A stretch of DNA of 64,000 nucleotides from an uncultured Candidatus Saccharibacteria bacterium (GTDB taxonomy: Bacteria > Patescibacteriota > Saccharimonadia > Saccharimonadales > JAGQNJ01). Numbering within the stretch: position 1 is the stretch's first letter; each line of letters begins with the position of its first letter. Positions 10,392 to 19,615 of this stretch are shown piece by piece. The translations under genes were made by a program, and so were the position numbers. Location of the stretch: positions 130,748-194,747 of the forward strand of contig CAZPAW010000002.1 of NCBI GenBank assembly GCA_964584895.1, read 5' to 3'. The notes under the pieces were generated by a model. It was not told the DNA's origin. It worked only from the letters and a program-made list of their open reading frames with translations, and ran no database searches.

Positions 10392-10778
10392 ATGGCAAGA
10401 ATTTCTGGTGTAACAATCCCAACAGACAAGCAAATCCAAATAGCCTTAACTTACGTCTACGGTATTGGAACAAAATCTAGTCAAGATATCTTATCTAAAG
10501 CAAAAATTGATCCTACAATACGAGTAAAAGATCTTACAGATAGCGAAATATCTAAAATTCAAGATATTATCAACGAAAGCTACTCTGTCGAAGGTGATTT
10601 ACAGAGGATCGTAACTACGAATATTAAACGTCTAAAAGATATTGGATCTTATCGGGGATTACGCCATCAAAGGAATTTACCAAGTAGAGGTCAGCGAACA
10701 AGGACTAATGCAAGAACAAGAAGAGGCAAAAAAGTGACCGTAGGCGGTACGAAAATAAAGGCGGCGGCTAAGACTTAG
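10392..10778 (+). CDS. rpsM: 30S ribosomal protein S13
   Basis: Begins [14 protein letters not shown]... and contains ...[27 protein letters not shown].... Confidence 0.98.
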   Translation: MARISGVTIPTDKQIQIALTYVYGIGTKSSQDILSKAKIDPTIRVKDLTDSEISKIQDIINESYSVEGDLQRIVTTNIKRLKDIGSYRGLRHQRNLPSRGQRTRTNARTRRGKKVTVGGTKIKAAAKT

Positions 10779-10789
10779 AGGATTGATAT

Positions 10790-11239
10790 ATGGATGATAA
10801 AAAAACTGACAATATAATAGCTGAAACAACAGAGACTAATGATGTCCCTAAGCCAACTACAACTGCAAAAAGAAAGAAAGTTAAGCGAACGGTTCCTTAC
10901 GGTCAAATGCATATATTAGCTACATTTAATAACACCATAGTTACATTTACTGATTCTAAAGGTAATGCATTAACTTACAGCAGTGCGGGCGCATGCGGAT
11001 TTAGAGGATCGAAAAAAGGAACAGCCTACGCTGCGCAAATTGCTGCAGAAAAAGCAGCAAATAGCGCAAAACAAACTTACGGGCTTTCAAAAGTTGATGT
11101 ATTCGTAAAAGGTGTTGGTTTAGGGAGAGAAGCTGCTATTCGAACACTAATCAATGCCAATATTAAAGTTGAAAGCATTGCAGACGTTACAGGTGTCCCT
11201 CATGGTGGAGTAAGACCTAGAAAGGCGCGGAGAGTTTAA
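10790..11239 (+). CDS. rpsK: 30S ribosomal protein S11 with about 20-aa N-terminal extension
   Basis: Contains ...MHILATFNNTIVTFTDSKGNAL... and ...GVPHGGVRPRKARRV. Confidence 0.97.
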   Translation: MDDKKTDNIIAETTETNDVPKPTTTAKRKKVKRTVPYGQMHILATFNNTIVTFTDSKGNALTYSSAGACGFRGSKKGTAYAAQIAAEKAANSAKQTYGLSKVDVFVKGVGLGREAAIRTLINANIKVESIADVTGVPHGGVRPRKARRV

Positions 11240-11240
11240 A

Positions 11241-11861
11241 ATGGCAAGAGATAGAAGTAGTGTTGTTAAACAAAGCCGAAGAGAAGGTTATGCAATTCAC
11301 CCTAAGGCGCATAAAGCCCTTGTGAAGAAAACGTCTTTACCTGGAAAAGCTCCAAACTACCGTGCTAGAAGCAAAAACAGTCAATATTCACTACAGTTAC
11401 GCGAAAAGCAAAAAGTAAAGCGACTTTATGGTCTTTTGGAAAAGCAATTCAGAAAACTAATGAAAGAAGCAGATTCAACTAAGGGTCAATCTGGTGAAAC
11501 ATTACTAAAATACCTAGAACAAAGGGCCGATAATATTGTATATAGAGCAGGTTTTGCAACCAGTCGACGAGCAGCAAGACAGTTAGTTACGCATGGTCAC
11601 TTCAATCTCAACGGAAAACGATTTGATATACCATCAATAAGAATTAATCCAGGCGACATATTAACCGTTCGCGATAAAAGTAAAAAAACCGAGTACTTTA
11701 AACTAATTGATGATCTAAGTCCTGCAGGCGCAGAAGCATCAGCCAGTTGGTTAAAGGTAAATAGAAAGAAACTTGAAATATCTGTTTTGGCCCTCCCGCC
11801 ACGCGAAGAAGCCGAGCCAGATATTAACGAGCAATTAATAGTAGAGTATTACTCACGATAA
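11241..11861 (+). CDS. rpsD: 30S ribosomal protein S4
   Basis: Has the S4 domain ...RADNIVYRAGFATSRRAARQLVTHGHF... and is 206 aa. Confidence 0.97.
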   Translation: MARDRSSVVKQSRREGYAIHPKAHKALVKKTSLPGKAPNYRARSKNSQYSLQLREKQKVKRLYGLLEKQFRKLMKEADSTKGQSGETLLKYLEQRADNIVYRAGFATSRRAARQLVTHGHFNLNGKRFDIPSIRINPGDILTVRDKSKKTEYFKLIDDLSPAGAEASASWLKVNRKKLEISVLALPPREEAEPDINEQLIVEYYSR

Positions 11862-11878
11862 GGGAGGTGAGCAGTAAA

Positions 11879-12814
11879 ATGTCAAAATCAATTTATACAC
11901 CAGGAGTCGTATCGGTCAAAGATAACAGCAAAACAAGTTCAACATTCGTTATCGAACCATTACACACAGGATATGGGATGACCTTGGGAAATAGCCTTCG
12001 CAGAGTATTACTTTCAAGTATCTCAGGAGCGTCTGTAACAGCTTTCAAAATCGAGGGCGTAACACATGAATTCACTAGTGTCCCAGGAATCAAAGAAGAT
12101 GCTGTCGATATCATGCAAAATCTAAAAGGTATCAACTTTAGAGTTTTTAGCGAAGAACCTCAGACTTTACGAATATCGAAAAATGGAAGCGGTCCTGTTA
12201 CAGCTAAGGATATTGAACTAAATTCAGATGTTGAAGTAGTCAATCCAAAACACGTTATTTGCACGATAGACGATTCTAAGGGTAGTTTTGTTGCAGATAT
12301 TGTGGTAGAAACCGGAAGAGGTTATCGACCAATAGAAGAGGGAGCACAAAGAAAACCAAGTGACATGATTGCTATTGATGCAATATTTGGTCCAGTCCAG
12401 AGAGTTAGATATAAAGTAGAGCATACTCGTGTCGGTCAAATGACAGATCTTGATAAATTAGTTATCGATGTTGATACGGATGGTACTATTAGCCCTAGTG
12501 ACGCGTTCGAAGAAGCAGCCGCAATACTCGTAAACCAATACACTGCACTTGCTGGCCAGACTAGGATTAAGCCATCAGCTCCCTTAACTGCTGAACCAGA
12601 AATCGAAAATCCTGCAGAAGAACAAACAGAGTTAATGACTCCTATCGAAGACCTCAACCTTTCAGCTAGAACAACAAATGCGCTTGTAAATAACGATATT
12701 CATACATTAAAAGATTTATTTAGCCTTAGCGATATAGAGCTTCGTGAGTTGAAGGGTTTTGGCTCAAAAGCACTTGACGAAGTGAAAGATAAAATGGCGG
12801 AGTTGGAGCTTTAA
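11879..12814 (+). CDS. rpoA: DNA-directed RNA polymerase subunit alpha
   Basis: Has an N-terminal domain ...TFVIEPLHTGYGMTLGNSLRRVLLSSI... and a C-terminal HhH domain ...DLNLSARTTNALVNNDIHTLKDL.... ATG 11879 lies 11 nt after GGGAGG. The tracked GTG at 11867 abuts the SD site. Confidence 0.95.
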   Translation: MSKSIYTPGVVSVKDNSKTSSTFVIEPLHTGYGMTLGNSLRRVLLSSISGASVTAFKIEGVTHEFTSVPGIKEDAVDIMQNLKGINFRVFSEEPQTLRISKNGSGPVTAKDIELNSDVEVVNPKHVICTIDDSKGSFVADIVVETGRGYRPIEEGAQRKPSDMIAIDAIFGPVQRVRYKVEHTRVGQMTDLDKLVIDVDTDGTISPSDAFEEAAAILVNQYTALAGQTRIKPSAPLTAEPEIENPAEEQTELMTPIEDLNLSARTTNALVNNDIHTLKDLFSLSDIELRELKGFGSKALDEVKDKMAELEL

Positions 12815-12816
12815 AT

Positions 12817-13302
12817 ATGCATCGTCACGGATATCAAGGAAGAAAGTTTGGCAGAGAACGCGATCAACGCAAATCGCTAATAAAATCTTTGGCAGATTCT
12901 TTGATATTACATGAATCAATCGAGACGACGCTAGAAAAAGCCAAGGAAGTTAATCCATATGTTGAAAAACTAATAACTAAGGCCAAAAAAGGTGGGCTAG
13001 CTAATCGACGATACATAATCGCACACCTACAGACTAAAGAGGCTTCACACAAATTAGTTGACTCAATCGCGCCTCAGTTATCCAATAGAAACAGTGGACA
13101 TTTAAGAGTTGTAAGGACATCATTAAGAAGAGGTGACAATGCGCAACTAGCTAGAATTAGTTTCGTAGACGAGTTAAAAGAAGCATCTAAAGAAGAGACT
13201 CCTCCTAAAAAATCAGAAAAACCAAAGACTAGTTCAAATGCAAAAACTACACCTGCAAAGAAAACACCAGTCAAAAAACCTGTTAAGGCGGAGAAAAAAT
13301 AG
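12817..13302 (+). CDS. rplQ: 50S ribosomal protein L17 with Lys/Pro-rich C-terminal tail
   Basis: Begins MHRHGYQGRKFGRERDQRKSL... and ends in the tail ...PPKKSEKPKTSSNAKTTPAKKTPVKKPVKAEKK. Confidence 0.96.
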   Translation: MHRHGYQGRKFGRERDQRKSLIKSLADSLILHESIETTLEKAKEVNPYVEKLITKAKKGGLANRRYIIAHLQTKEASHKLVDSIAPQLSNRNSGHLRVVRTSLRRGDNAQLARISFVDELKEASKEETPPKKSEKPKTSSNAKTTPAKKTPVKKPVKAEKK

Positions 13303-13743
13303 ATGAAAACTTATAGCGCAAAAAATACTGATGTAAATCGAAAATGGTGGCTTGTTGACGCATCCGATCTTAGTTTGGGACGGCTATCTACCGTGATCGC
13401 GACAAAACTAATAGGTAAAGATAAGCCGATGTTTACTCCTCATGTTGACTGTGGAGACTATGTAGTAGTTATAAACTCAGATAAACTAGTTGTATCAGGC
13501 AATAAATTAAATAAAAAAATGTATTATCGTCATAGCGGTTTTCCTGGTAGCTTAAAAGAATCGACCCTACAAGAACAAATTGATAGAGACTCACGAAACA
13601 TAATCATTTATTCGGTTAGAGGAATGCTCCCAAAAAATAAACTACAAGATCCTAGACTAAAACGACTAAAGGTCTATGCCGGTCCTGAACACGATAATAC
13701 AGCACAAAAACCTGTGATTTTAAATCTTAAGGAAGGTAAATAA
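13303..13743 (+). CDS. rplM: 50S ribosomal protein L13
   Basis: Contains ...NRKWWLVDASDLSLGRLSTVIATKL.... Confidence 0.97.
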   Translation: MKTYSAKNTDVNRKWWLVDASDLSLGRLSTVIATKLIGKDKPMFTPHVDCGDYVVVINSDKLVVSGNKLNKKMYYRHSGFPGSLKESTLQEQIDRDSRNIIIYSVRGMLPKNKLQDPRLKRLKVYAGPEHDNTAQKPVILNLKEGK

Positions 13744-14144
13744 TGGCTACAAAAAATTCATACTTCTATGGACTAGGTCGTCGAAAAAGCGCCTCAGCGC
13801 GCGTCAGATTAACCGGTGGTACTGGCAAATTTACTATTAATGATCGCAGCGCGGAAGACTATTTTGCGAATAGTAAAAACCTACTTAGCGAGCTCACAAA
13901 ACCCTTCGCTGTAGTAGATCTAGTAAACAAATTTGACGTAAGTGTAAAAGTTATCGGTGGCGGACATAGTGGGCAGGCTGACGCTATTATTCTAGGTATC
14001 TCTAAAGCTCTTGCAGTAATGAACGAAGACCTCAGAAGCACCCTACGTCGCGCTGATCTACTTGGTCGTGATCCAAGAGAGAAAGAACGTAAAAAATTCG
14101 GACTTAAAGGTGCTAGAAAACAACGACAATTCACAAAACGTTAA
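13743..14144 (+). CDS. rpsI: 30S ribosomal protein S9
   Basis: Contains ...GLGRRKSASARVRL... and ...GLKGARKQRQFTKR. Confidence 0.97.
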   Translation: MATKNSYFYGLGRRKSASARVRLTGGTGKFTINDRSAEDYFANSKNLLSELTKPFAVVDLVNKFDVSVKVIGGGHSGQADAIILGISKALAVMNEDLRSTLRRADLLGRDPREKERKKFGLKGARKQRQFTKR

Positions 14145-14152
14145 TTATATAT

Positions 14153-14181
14153 TTGACATAAGTATCATAAAGCTGTATTGT
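14153..14181 (+). promoter_or_regulatory. candidate promoter downstream of rpsI
   Basis: TTGACA (14153-14158), a 17-nt spacer, then TATTGT (14176-14181). This is a consensus match only. Confidence 0.3.
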
Positions 14182-14294
14182 CTTATGGTTATGTTACAAA
14201 ACATTATAAATAATACTACTTATTGGTTTACCTCCTCATATTCGTGGCGGCAAACTTCGTATTGTCTATAAAATAATAAAATATCAAAAATGTT

Positions 14295-14319
14295 AACCGC
14301 CACAAAAAGGCGGTTTTTT
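14295..14319 (+). terminator. intrinsic-terminator-like hairpin
   Basis: AACCGCC-ACAAAAA-GGCGGTT followed by a T-run (14314-14319). It lies about 150 nt after rpsI and 20 nt before ATG 14339. Confidence 0.6.
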
Positions 14320-14338
14320 AATATATAAGGAGAAGAAA

Positions 14339-14608
14339 ATGACATTAATTAGAGGAGATTTATCGATGGAAAGAGTTGCCAACGGGTTGCCAGACGTAAT
14401 TACAGAAATACCGGAAAGATTACTAAGTGCTCTTGAAACTAAAACGATTAAACAATCTGATCTGGCACCTAACATTGCTGCAATAGTAGCTAGTAATCAT
14501 CCATCCCAGACTGAACCACCGCTTAATATTCATGAACAAGTCGCTCGAACTCTTCTAATAAATACATTAGCGGCGAACTGTGTAAATGAGTTTTTGAATA
14601 ATCAATAA
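14339..14608 (+). CDS. hypothetical protein, 89 aa, acidic
   Basis: Strong SD (AAGGAG, 14328-14333). No motif recognised. Confidence 0.6.
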   Translation: MTLIRGDLSMERVANGLPDVITEIPERLLSALETKTIKQSDLAPNIAAIVASNHPSQTEPPLNIHEQVARTLLINTLAANCVNEFLNNQ

Positions 14609-14626
14609 TTTGAATAAGGAAATACT

Positions 14627-15299
14627 GTGAAACGAAACATATTAATCATCGGTGGCATGGGGCCACAGGCAAGCATAAAATTGCACGAGAATATTATAGG
14701 AGAAGCTATAAAGAACGGTGCTCGAAATCCTGAAGATTTTCCAGCTATCACCCATCTTTCGTTGCCATTTAAAGATTTTATTGCAAACGATACTCATAAA
14801 CGAGCTGCTCTTGATTTAATCAAGGAGCGTCTTTATTATCTTTGGCGATACCGCGTTTTCACATATAATCATCGCCTGCAATACTGCACACTTACTTATC
14901 GATGATATCAGCAAAGCACTAGGTAAACGACCTATGTCTTTAATTGACATTACGATAGAGGAGATTCTTCATCGTAAATTAACATCGGTGGCAGTGTTGT
15001 CGTCGCCATTGACGCAAAGAACTGGTTTATTTATTGATCGACTTAAAGCAATCCATGTAGAATGCATTAGTCAAAATGCTGATGAAGCTCATCAGACTGA
15101 AAAAATCATACGTCAAATAATCGCTGGACAAAATAAAGATGAATCAATGCTAGATAATCAGATAATGGCTCTCGTGAAACGTGGAGCAGAAGGTGTTGTA
15201 CTGGGCTGCACTGAGCTGTCTGTGCTCGGCGCCAAGCATAATGCTAACCACACTATTGACCCCTTACGACTAGTGGCTGAAAATATTTTTAATAATTGA
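14627..15299 (+). pseudogene. Asp/Glu racemase-family gene interrupted by an apparent +1 frame change
   Basis: ORF 14627-14905 carries IIGGMGPQAS. The +1 frame, open from 14820, reads ...FIIFGDTAFSHIIIACNTAHLLIDD... and continues into ORF 14934-15299 with ...VLGCTELS.... Both catalytic-Cys motifs are intact but lie in different frames. Confidence 0.7.
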
Positions 15300-15318
15300 G
15301 CTATAATAAGGAGGAATT

Positions 15319-16347
15319 ATGAGTAAACCAGTAATATTGACAGGCCTTAGAGCCAACAACGACTTGCACCTAGGCAGTTATCTAGGCGCTATTTTACCAA
15401 TGGTCCAACTACAGGCAAAATACGGAGAAACATACCAAATCAACATGTTCATCCCTGATCTGCATAGCTTTACAACGCCAATAGATCACAGCAAGCTGTA
15501 CGACCAAACAATACATAATATTAAATTGTTTATTGCGTCTGGGCTGGATATCAATCACTCGGACACTTATATTTACCGACAAAGTCGAGTACCTGCACAT
15601 TCTGAACTAACAGTAATTTTGAACTGCTTTACCTATATGGGTGAGATGCAACGCATGACCCAATTTAAGGAGAAAAGCCAGAAGGCAGAGTCCGTAAGTG
15701 TCGGGCTCTTCGACTATCCAGTGCTGATGGCCGCCGATATTTTGTTGTACGGGGCAAAATATGTCCCTGTGGGTGCCGACCAAACTCAACACGTAGAATT
15801 AGCGCGCGATATTGCAATCCGCGTGAATAATAAATTCGACAGAGAACTGTTTATTTTGCCAGAGGCTGAAAAAGAACAAATTGCTTTTGCTACTCAAAAT
15901 GAACGCATGCGCGTACGTGATCTGGTTGACCCAGCAAAAAAAATGAGCAAATCTGACGAAACTGGTAAGGGTGTCATCTTCCTTGGTGATAGTCCTGAGA
16001 TTGGTGCTAAAAAAATAATGAGCGCAACCACAGACAGCCTCGGCAAGATCAACTATGACTTCAAAAAACAACCAGGAATCAGCAATTTGCTTGATATCAT
16101 TAGCGCGCTAACGGACACTCCGATTAAAGAAGTTATAGCAAAATATCAAGGGCAATCTCAATATGGACCACTTAAGCAAGATGTTGCAGCGGTAGTTAAA
16201 TCATTTTTGACTAATTTTCAAGCAAAGCTTGCTAATATCGACGAAAAGGCTCTTATGAAAAAACTTGAATCATCTGAAATGACAATGAATGAAGTTGCCA
16301 ACATGACGCTTCATAAAGTTCAAAAAGCTGTCGGCTTACGCAAATAA
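15319..16347 (+). CDS. trpS: tryptophan--tRNA ligase
   Basis: Class I synthetase of 342 aa with N-terminal ...GLRANNDLHLGSYLG... and KMSKS at ...AKKMSKSDE.... Confidence 0.9.
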   Translation: MSKPVILTGLRANNDLHLGSYLGAILPMVQLQAKYGETYQINMFIPDLHSFTTPIDHSKLYDQTIHNIKLFIASGLDINHSDTYIYRQSRVPAHSELTVILNCFTYMGEMQRMTQFKEKSQKAESVSVGLFDYPVLMAADILLYGAKYVPVGADQTQHVELARDIAIRVNNKFDRELFILPEAEKEQIAFATQNERMRVRDLVDPAKKMSKSDETGKGVIFLGDSPEIGAKKIMSATTDSLGKINYDFKKQPGISNLLDIISALTDTPIKEVIAKYQGQSQYGPLKQDVAAVVKSFLTNFQAKLANIDEKALMKKLESSEMTMNEVANMTLHKVQKAVGLRK

Positions 16348-16348
16348 T

Positions 16349-17206
16349 ATGCAAAAATTTGTCATAGAACAGGAAGATCGCGAACGACTGGACGTTTTTT
16401 TAGTTAATAAAATTCCCGAGCTAAGTCGAAGCTCAATTACAAAGTTAATAAAATCTGGCAAGGTCCTAGTTGGTGGCCAACCAAAGCCTACTAATTATAA
16501 TATTAAAGTTAACGATATTATATCTGTATTTTTTGACCCTAAAGAATTAGACGAGATACCCGACATCAACCTGCCAATAATATATGAGGATAAAAATTGC
16601 ATCGTAATCGATAAACCCACCGGGATACTGACCCACAGCAAAGGCGCATTTAACCCAGAAGCGACAGTCGCTACCTTTATACGTAATAAAATATCCTTTT
16701 CAAATAGTGAACGCGCTGGGATCGTTCACCGACTAGACAGAGGGACCTCGGGAGTCATTATATGTGCCAAAAATCAAAAAAGCTTAGAATACCTGCAAAA
16801 ACAGTTCGCGGACAGAAAAACAACTAAAAGCTATGTTGCAGTAATAGAGGGGGCAATAGAACCAATTGAGGCAATAATCGATATGCCGATTGCTCGAAAT
16901 CCAAGAAATCCAAAATCATTTTACGTAAAAACTAATGGCAAAGATGCAAAAACAAGCTATAAAGTCTTAAAACAAACCAATCAATATTCGCTACTAGAAC
17001 TTATTCCAACGACTGGCAGAACCCACCAATTACGCGTTCATTTAGCTCATCAACAGCACCCAATCGTAGGAGACGAACTTTACGGAGGAGCACCATACAA
17101 GAGAATTCTACTTCATGCCAAACAATTAATAATTCACATACCCGGAGAAAGATTAATGACATTTGAATCAAAAATACCATCCGATTTTGATGAGATCTTA
17201 AAATGA
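16349..17206 (+). CDS. RluA-family 23S rRNA pseudouridine synthase (RluD-like)
   Basis: Has an N-terminal S4-like domain and the catalytic motif ...HRLDRGTSGVIICAKN.... Confidence 0.88.
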   Translation: MQKFVIEQEDRERLDVFLVNKIPELSRSSITKLIKSGKVLVGGQPKPTNYNIKVNDIISVFFDPKELDEIPDINLPIIYEDKNCIVIDKPTGILTHSKGAFNPEATVATFIRNKISFSNSERAGIVHRLDRGTSGVIICAKNQKSLEYLQKQFADRKTTKSYVAVIEGAIEPIEAIIDMPIARNPRNPKSFYVKTNGKDAKTSYKVLKQTNQYSLLELIPTTGRTHQLRVHLAHQQHPIVGDELYGGAPYKRILLHAKQLIIHIPGERLMTFESKIPSDFDEILK

Positions 17207-18057
17207 AAACTGAAATTCTCCTCAACAATCAGACTAAAGAATCAATAGAAAATTTTATAAAAATGCCGATGCATGCATTATTGATAATCGGTAAAAAAGG
17301 TTCTGGTAAAAAATATTTAGCAAATTTCATATCCCAGCAGTTATTAGGAATTTCAGACATCAATAATTATCCATATTTATATTCAATCAAAGCAATAGAA
17401 AACAAAATTGGAATCGATCAAATCAGAGATATTCAAAACATGACTAAATTAAAAATCCCCAGCGATAAAGCTGTTTCTAGAATCTTGATTATTCAAGAAG
17501 CCAATGCTATGACAGAAGAGGCTCAAAATTCATTGTTAAAAACATTGGAAGAACCGCCAAAAAATACTGTAATAATTATGTTAGCCAACGATATTAATAA
17601 CTTGCTTTCGACAATTAGATCTAGGGTGCAAATTATAAAAATCCTAGACCCAACCTATCAGCAAATTATTGAATACTTTTCGAAAAAGAATTACGACATA
17701 GCAGATATACAAAGAGCTTCAAATATTGGTGCGCATAAGATTGGGCAAATTCAAAAAATCCTTGATAAAGAGCTAACTGAAGTCGAAAAGTCTATTGTTG
17801 ACACAAAAGAACTACTATCCGCTACCGATTTTGAAAAACTAGCAACCATTAATGAGATTTATAAAGATAAAGAAAAAGTTATGTCAACTGTATCGTCGCT
17901 AGAACTAATCGCAAGAAGCGCTATGAAAAACTCAAATAACAAAAAGCAAATAAAAAGATGGCATAAAATTCTACAAAACACTAACAATGCTAATGAAAGA
18001 TTATTAAAAAATGGAAGTCCTAAAATAATTTTAACTGATTTGTTTTATAACCTATAG
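17203..18057 (+). CDS. holB: DNA polymerase III subunit delta'
   Basis: Contains ...GKKGSGKKYLA... and ...EEAQNSLLKTLEEPPKNTVIIMLANDINNLLSTIRSRVQ.... Confidence 0.85.
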   Translation: MKTEILLNNQTKESIENFIKMPMHALLIIGKKGSGKKYLANFISQQLLGISDINNYPYLYSIKAIENKIGIDQIRDIQNMTKLKIPSDKAVSRILIIQEANAMTEEAQNSLLKTLEEPPKNTVIIMLANDINNLLSTIRSRVQIIKILDPTYQQIIEYFSKKNYDIADIQRASNIGAHKIGQIQKILDKELTEVEKSIVDTKELLSATDFEKLATINEIYKDKEKVMSTVSSLELIARSAMKNSNNKKQIKRWHKILQNTNNANERLLKNGSPKIILTDLFYNL

Positions 18058-18072
18058 TATAATATCAGCTGA

Positions 18073-18729
18073 ATGATAGAACTTTTCTTAATTGTAGGAT
18101 TTGGAATAATCGCCTATAGAAGCGCAGAATTGCGTAGTGAAGATTTATCCCCATTGCCAAAGAAAATGAGCGACAAATTAGGGCAATTATGGCGGATAGC
18201 CCATCAAGGCATGCGAGACAACAGTTTAATACGAGCCGAAAAAGCATTATTGACTATACTAAAAATAGATAAAAAGAATGCTGCCGCATATAACAGACTG
18301 GGGATACTATACGCTAAACAAAAAGAATACAAAGATGCTATAGACTGCTTTGAGATTGCTTCCAGTATAGAGGTAAGCCCGTCAAGTTTGCACAACCTGG
18401 GCTTGATCTATTTCGAAACAGAAAATTACGAAATAGCAGCAACCGCATTTGAGCAAGCGCTAAAACTGGAAGATAATTTGGCGGCTAGACATGTCGCTTA
18501 TGCGAAAGTTCAGGAAAAGCTTGGTAACACTAAATTAATGTTTGCTGAACTCGAAAAAGCAGTCGAACTAGAGCCGACAAAAGAATCATTGAAATATCTC
18601 CATCAAGCATACGAAAATCATGACATGCACGATGAGGCACGCAGAATTAGAAGAAGGCTAGATAGAGCAACAGTCTCAAAAACAAAACCGAAGAAGTTAA
18701 CAAAACCTAAACAACGAGTTGTTATTTAA
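18073..18729 (+). CDS. TPR-repeat protein with N-terminal hydrophobic segment
   Basis: Repeated TPR-like units (...AAAYNRLGILYAKQKEYKDAIDCFEIA..., ...LHNLGLIYFETENYEIAATAFEQALKL...). Confidence 0.8.
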   Translation: MIELFLIVGFGIIAYRSAELRSEDLSPLPKKMSDKLGQLWRIAHQGMRDNSLIRAEKALLTILKIDKKNAAAYNRLGILYAKQKEYKDAIDCFEIASSIEVSPSSLHNLGLIYFETENYEIAATAFEQALKLEDNLAARHVAYAKVQEKLGNTKLMFAELEKAVELEPTKESLKYLHQAYENHDMHDEARRIRRRLDRATVSKTKPKKLTKPKQRVVI

Positions 18730-18903
18730 CCCCTGTTCTGATAAAATTTACAGGTACTTTTCGCTGTTTTAACCTAGCTTTTCAACCTAACGATTCGATT
18801 TATTCGGCTCGAGCGATTGAAAGGCTAAGAAAAAGAAGCGACTAGAGATTGAAGGCAAATATTCGTAGAATGTTAGCGGAAAGTCGACCGTCGGTTCTGA
18901 CGA

Positions 18904-18980
18904 GCCGCCTTAGCTCAGTTGGTTAGAGCGACGGTTTTGTAAACCGTAGGTCGTCGGTTCGAATCCGACAGGCGGCTCCA
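18904..18980 (+). tRNA. tRNA-Thr (anticodon TGT), CCA encoded
   Basis: Hand-folded cloverleaf: acceptor GCCGCCT/AGGCGGC, D arm GCTC..GAGC, anticodon arm ACGGT-TTTGTAA-ACCGT, T arm GTCGG-TTCGAAT-CCGAC. Confidence 0.93.
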
Positions 18981-19030
18981 CAGAAAACTTTTTACCAGTT
19001 TACTGGAATGAAGTTTTCGAGGAAGCAACT

Positions 19031-19057
19031 GCAGCCGCAAGGCTACAGGCGGCTCCA
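19031..19057 (+). repeat. tRNA-Thr-derived acceptor-stem relic (minihelix-like) ending in CCA
   Basis: ACAGGCGGCTCCA (19045-19057) is identical to the last 13 nt of tRNA-Thr (18968-18980). GCCGC (19034-19038) can pair with GCGGC (19049-19053). Confidence 0.6.
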
Positions 19058-19141
19058 ATTTGAATACCATGCGAGAGTATTCAAGAACGTTTGAGGATAG
19101 TTCAGAGAAGTGTTTTTCGACCCGTAACTCGGGTCGTTTAC

Positions 19142-19227
19142 GCAGGGTTAGTGAAGCGGTCAAACACGGCAGACTGTAAATCTGCTGGCTTATGCCTTCG
19201 TAGGTTCGAATCCTACACCCTGCACCA
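19142..19227 (+). tRNA. tRNA-Tyr (anticodon GTA), long variable arm, CCA encoded
   Basis: Acceptor GCAGGGT/ACCCTGC, anticodon arm GCAGA-CTGTAAA-TCTGC, variable arm TGGCTTATGCCTTC, T arm GTAGG-TTCGAAT-CCTAC. Confidence 0.92.
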
Positions 19228-19273
19228 GAGGTTTGGAAATAGTTTTTACTATCTTTGAACCTCTTTTGTATTC

Positions 19274-19391
19274 GTATGGGATTCGAACCGAAAGGCGAAA
19301 ACAGCAGGGCCTGATTGAGCTATGCACTTTTCTAGCAAGATGCTTTGGCTCTCAAGCGGATAAATTAATTCGAATCCTACACCATACACCG
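19274..19391 (+). repeat. tRNA-Tyr-derived fragment / degenerate tRNA-like element
   Basis: TTCGAATCCTACACC (19369-19383) duplicates tRNA-Tyr 19205-19219. The following ACCATAC (19381-19387) can pair with GTATGG (19274-19279). An inverted T-loop-like GGATTCGAACC lies at 19279-19289. No full cloverleaf could be drawn. Confidence 0.45.
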
Positions 19392-19438
19392 GCAAAGAAT
19401 TTCACTAAATAATTCAAAGAATTTGATACAATAAAACT

Positions 19439-19615
19439 ATGAAATGCCCAAAATGTAAACAAGAAATGAGAAGAGTACGTTGGGAAATATCAAATAACTT
19501 CAAAATGGCTGATCAGTATAAAGAATACGATAAAACTACCTACGAATGTAAAAACGACGATATTTGGGTAACAACCGAAGTCCCCATGGCAAAAAAGCCC
19601 TCTAAAAAATCATAA
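19439..19615 (+). CDS. hypothetical 58-aa protein with CxxC...C (zinc-ribbon-like)
   Basis: ORF below the track cutoff: MKCPKCKQEMRRVRWEISNNFKMADQYKEYDKTTYECKNDDIWVTTEVPMAKKPSKKS. No clear SD. Confidence 0.4.
   Translation: MKCPKCKQEMRRVRWEISNNFKMADQYKEYDKTTYECKNDDIWVTTEVPMAKKPSKKS

Noticed and set aside
14062-14271. 69-aa ORF overlapping the rpsI 3' end
   Set aside because: It is out of frame within rpsI and continues into the AT-rich leader, which is better explained as non-coding leader or terminator region.
18915-19163. 82-aa minus-strand ORF
   Set aside because: It overlaps tRNA-Thr and tRNA-Tyr on the opposite strand, so it is not credible as a gene.
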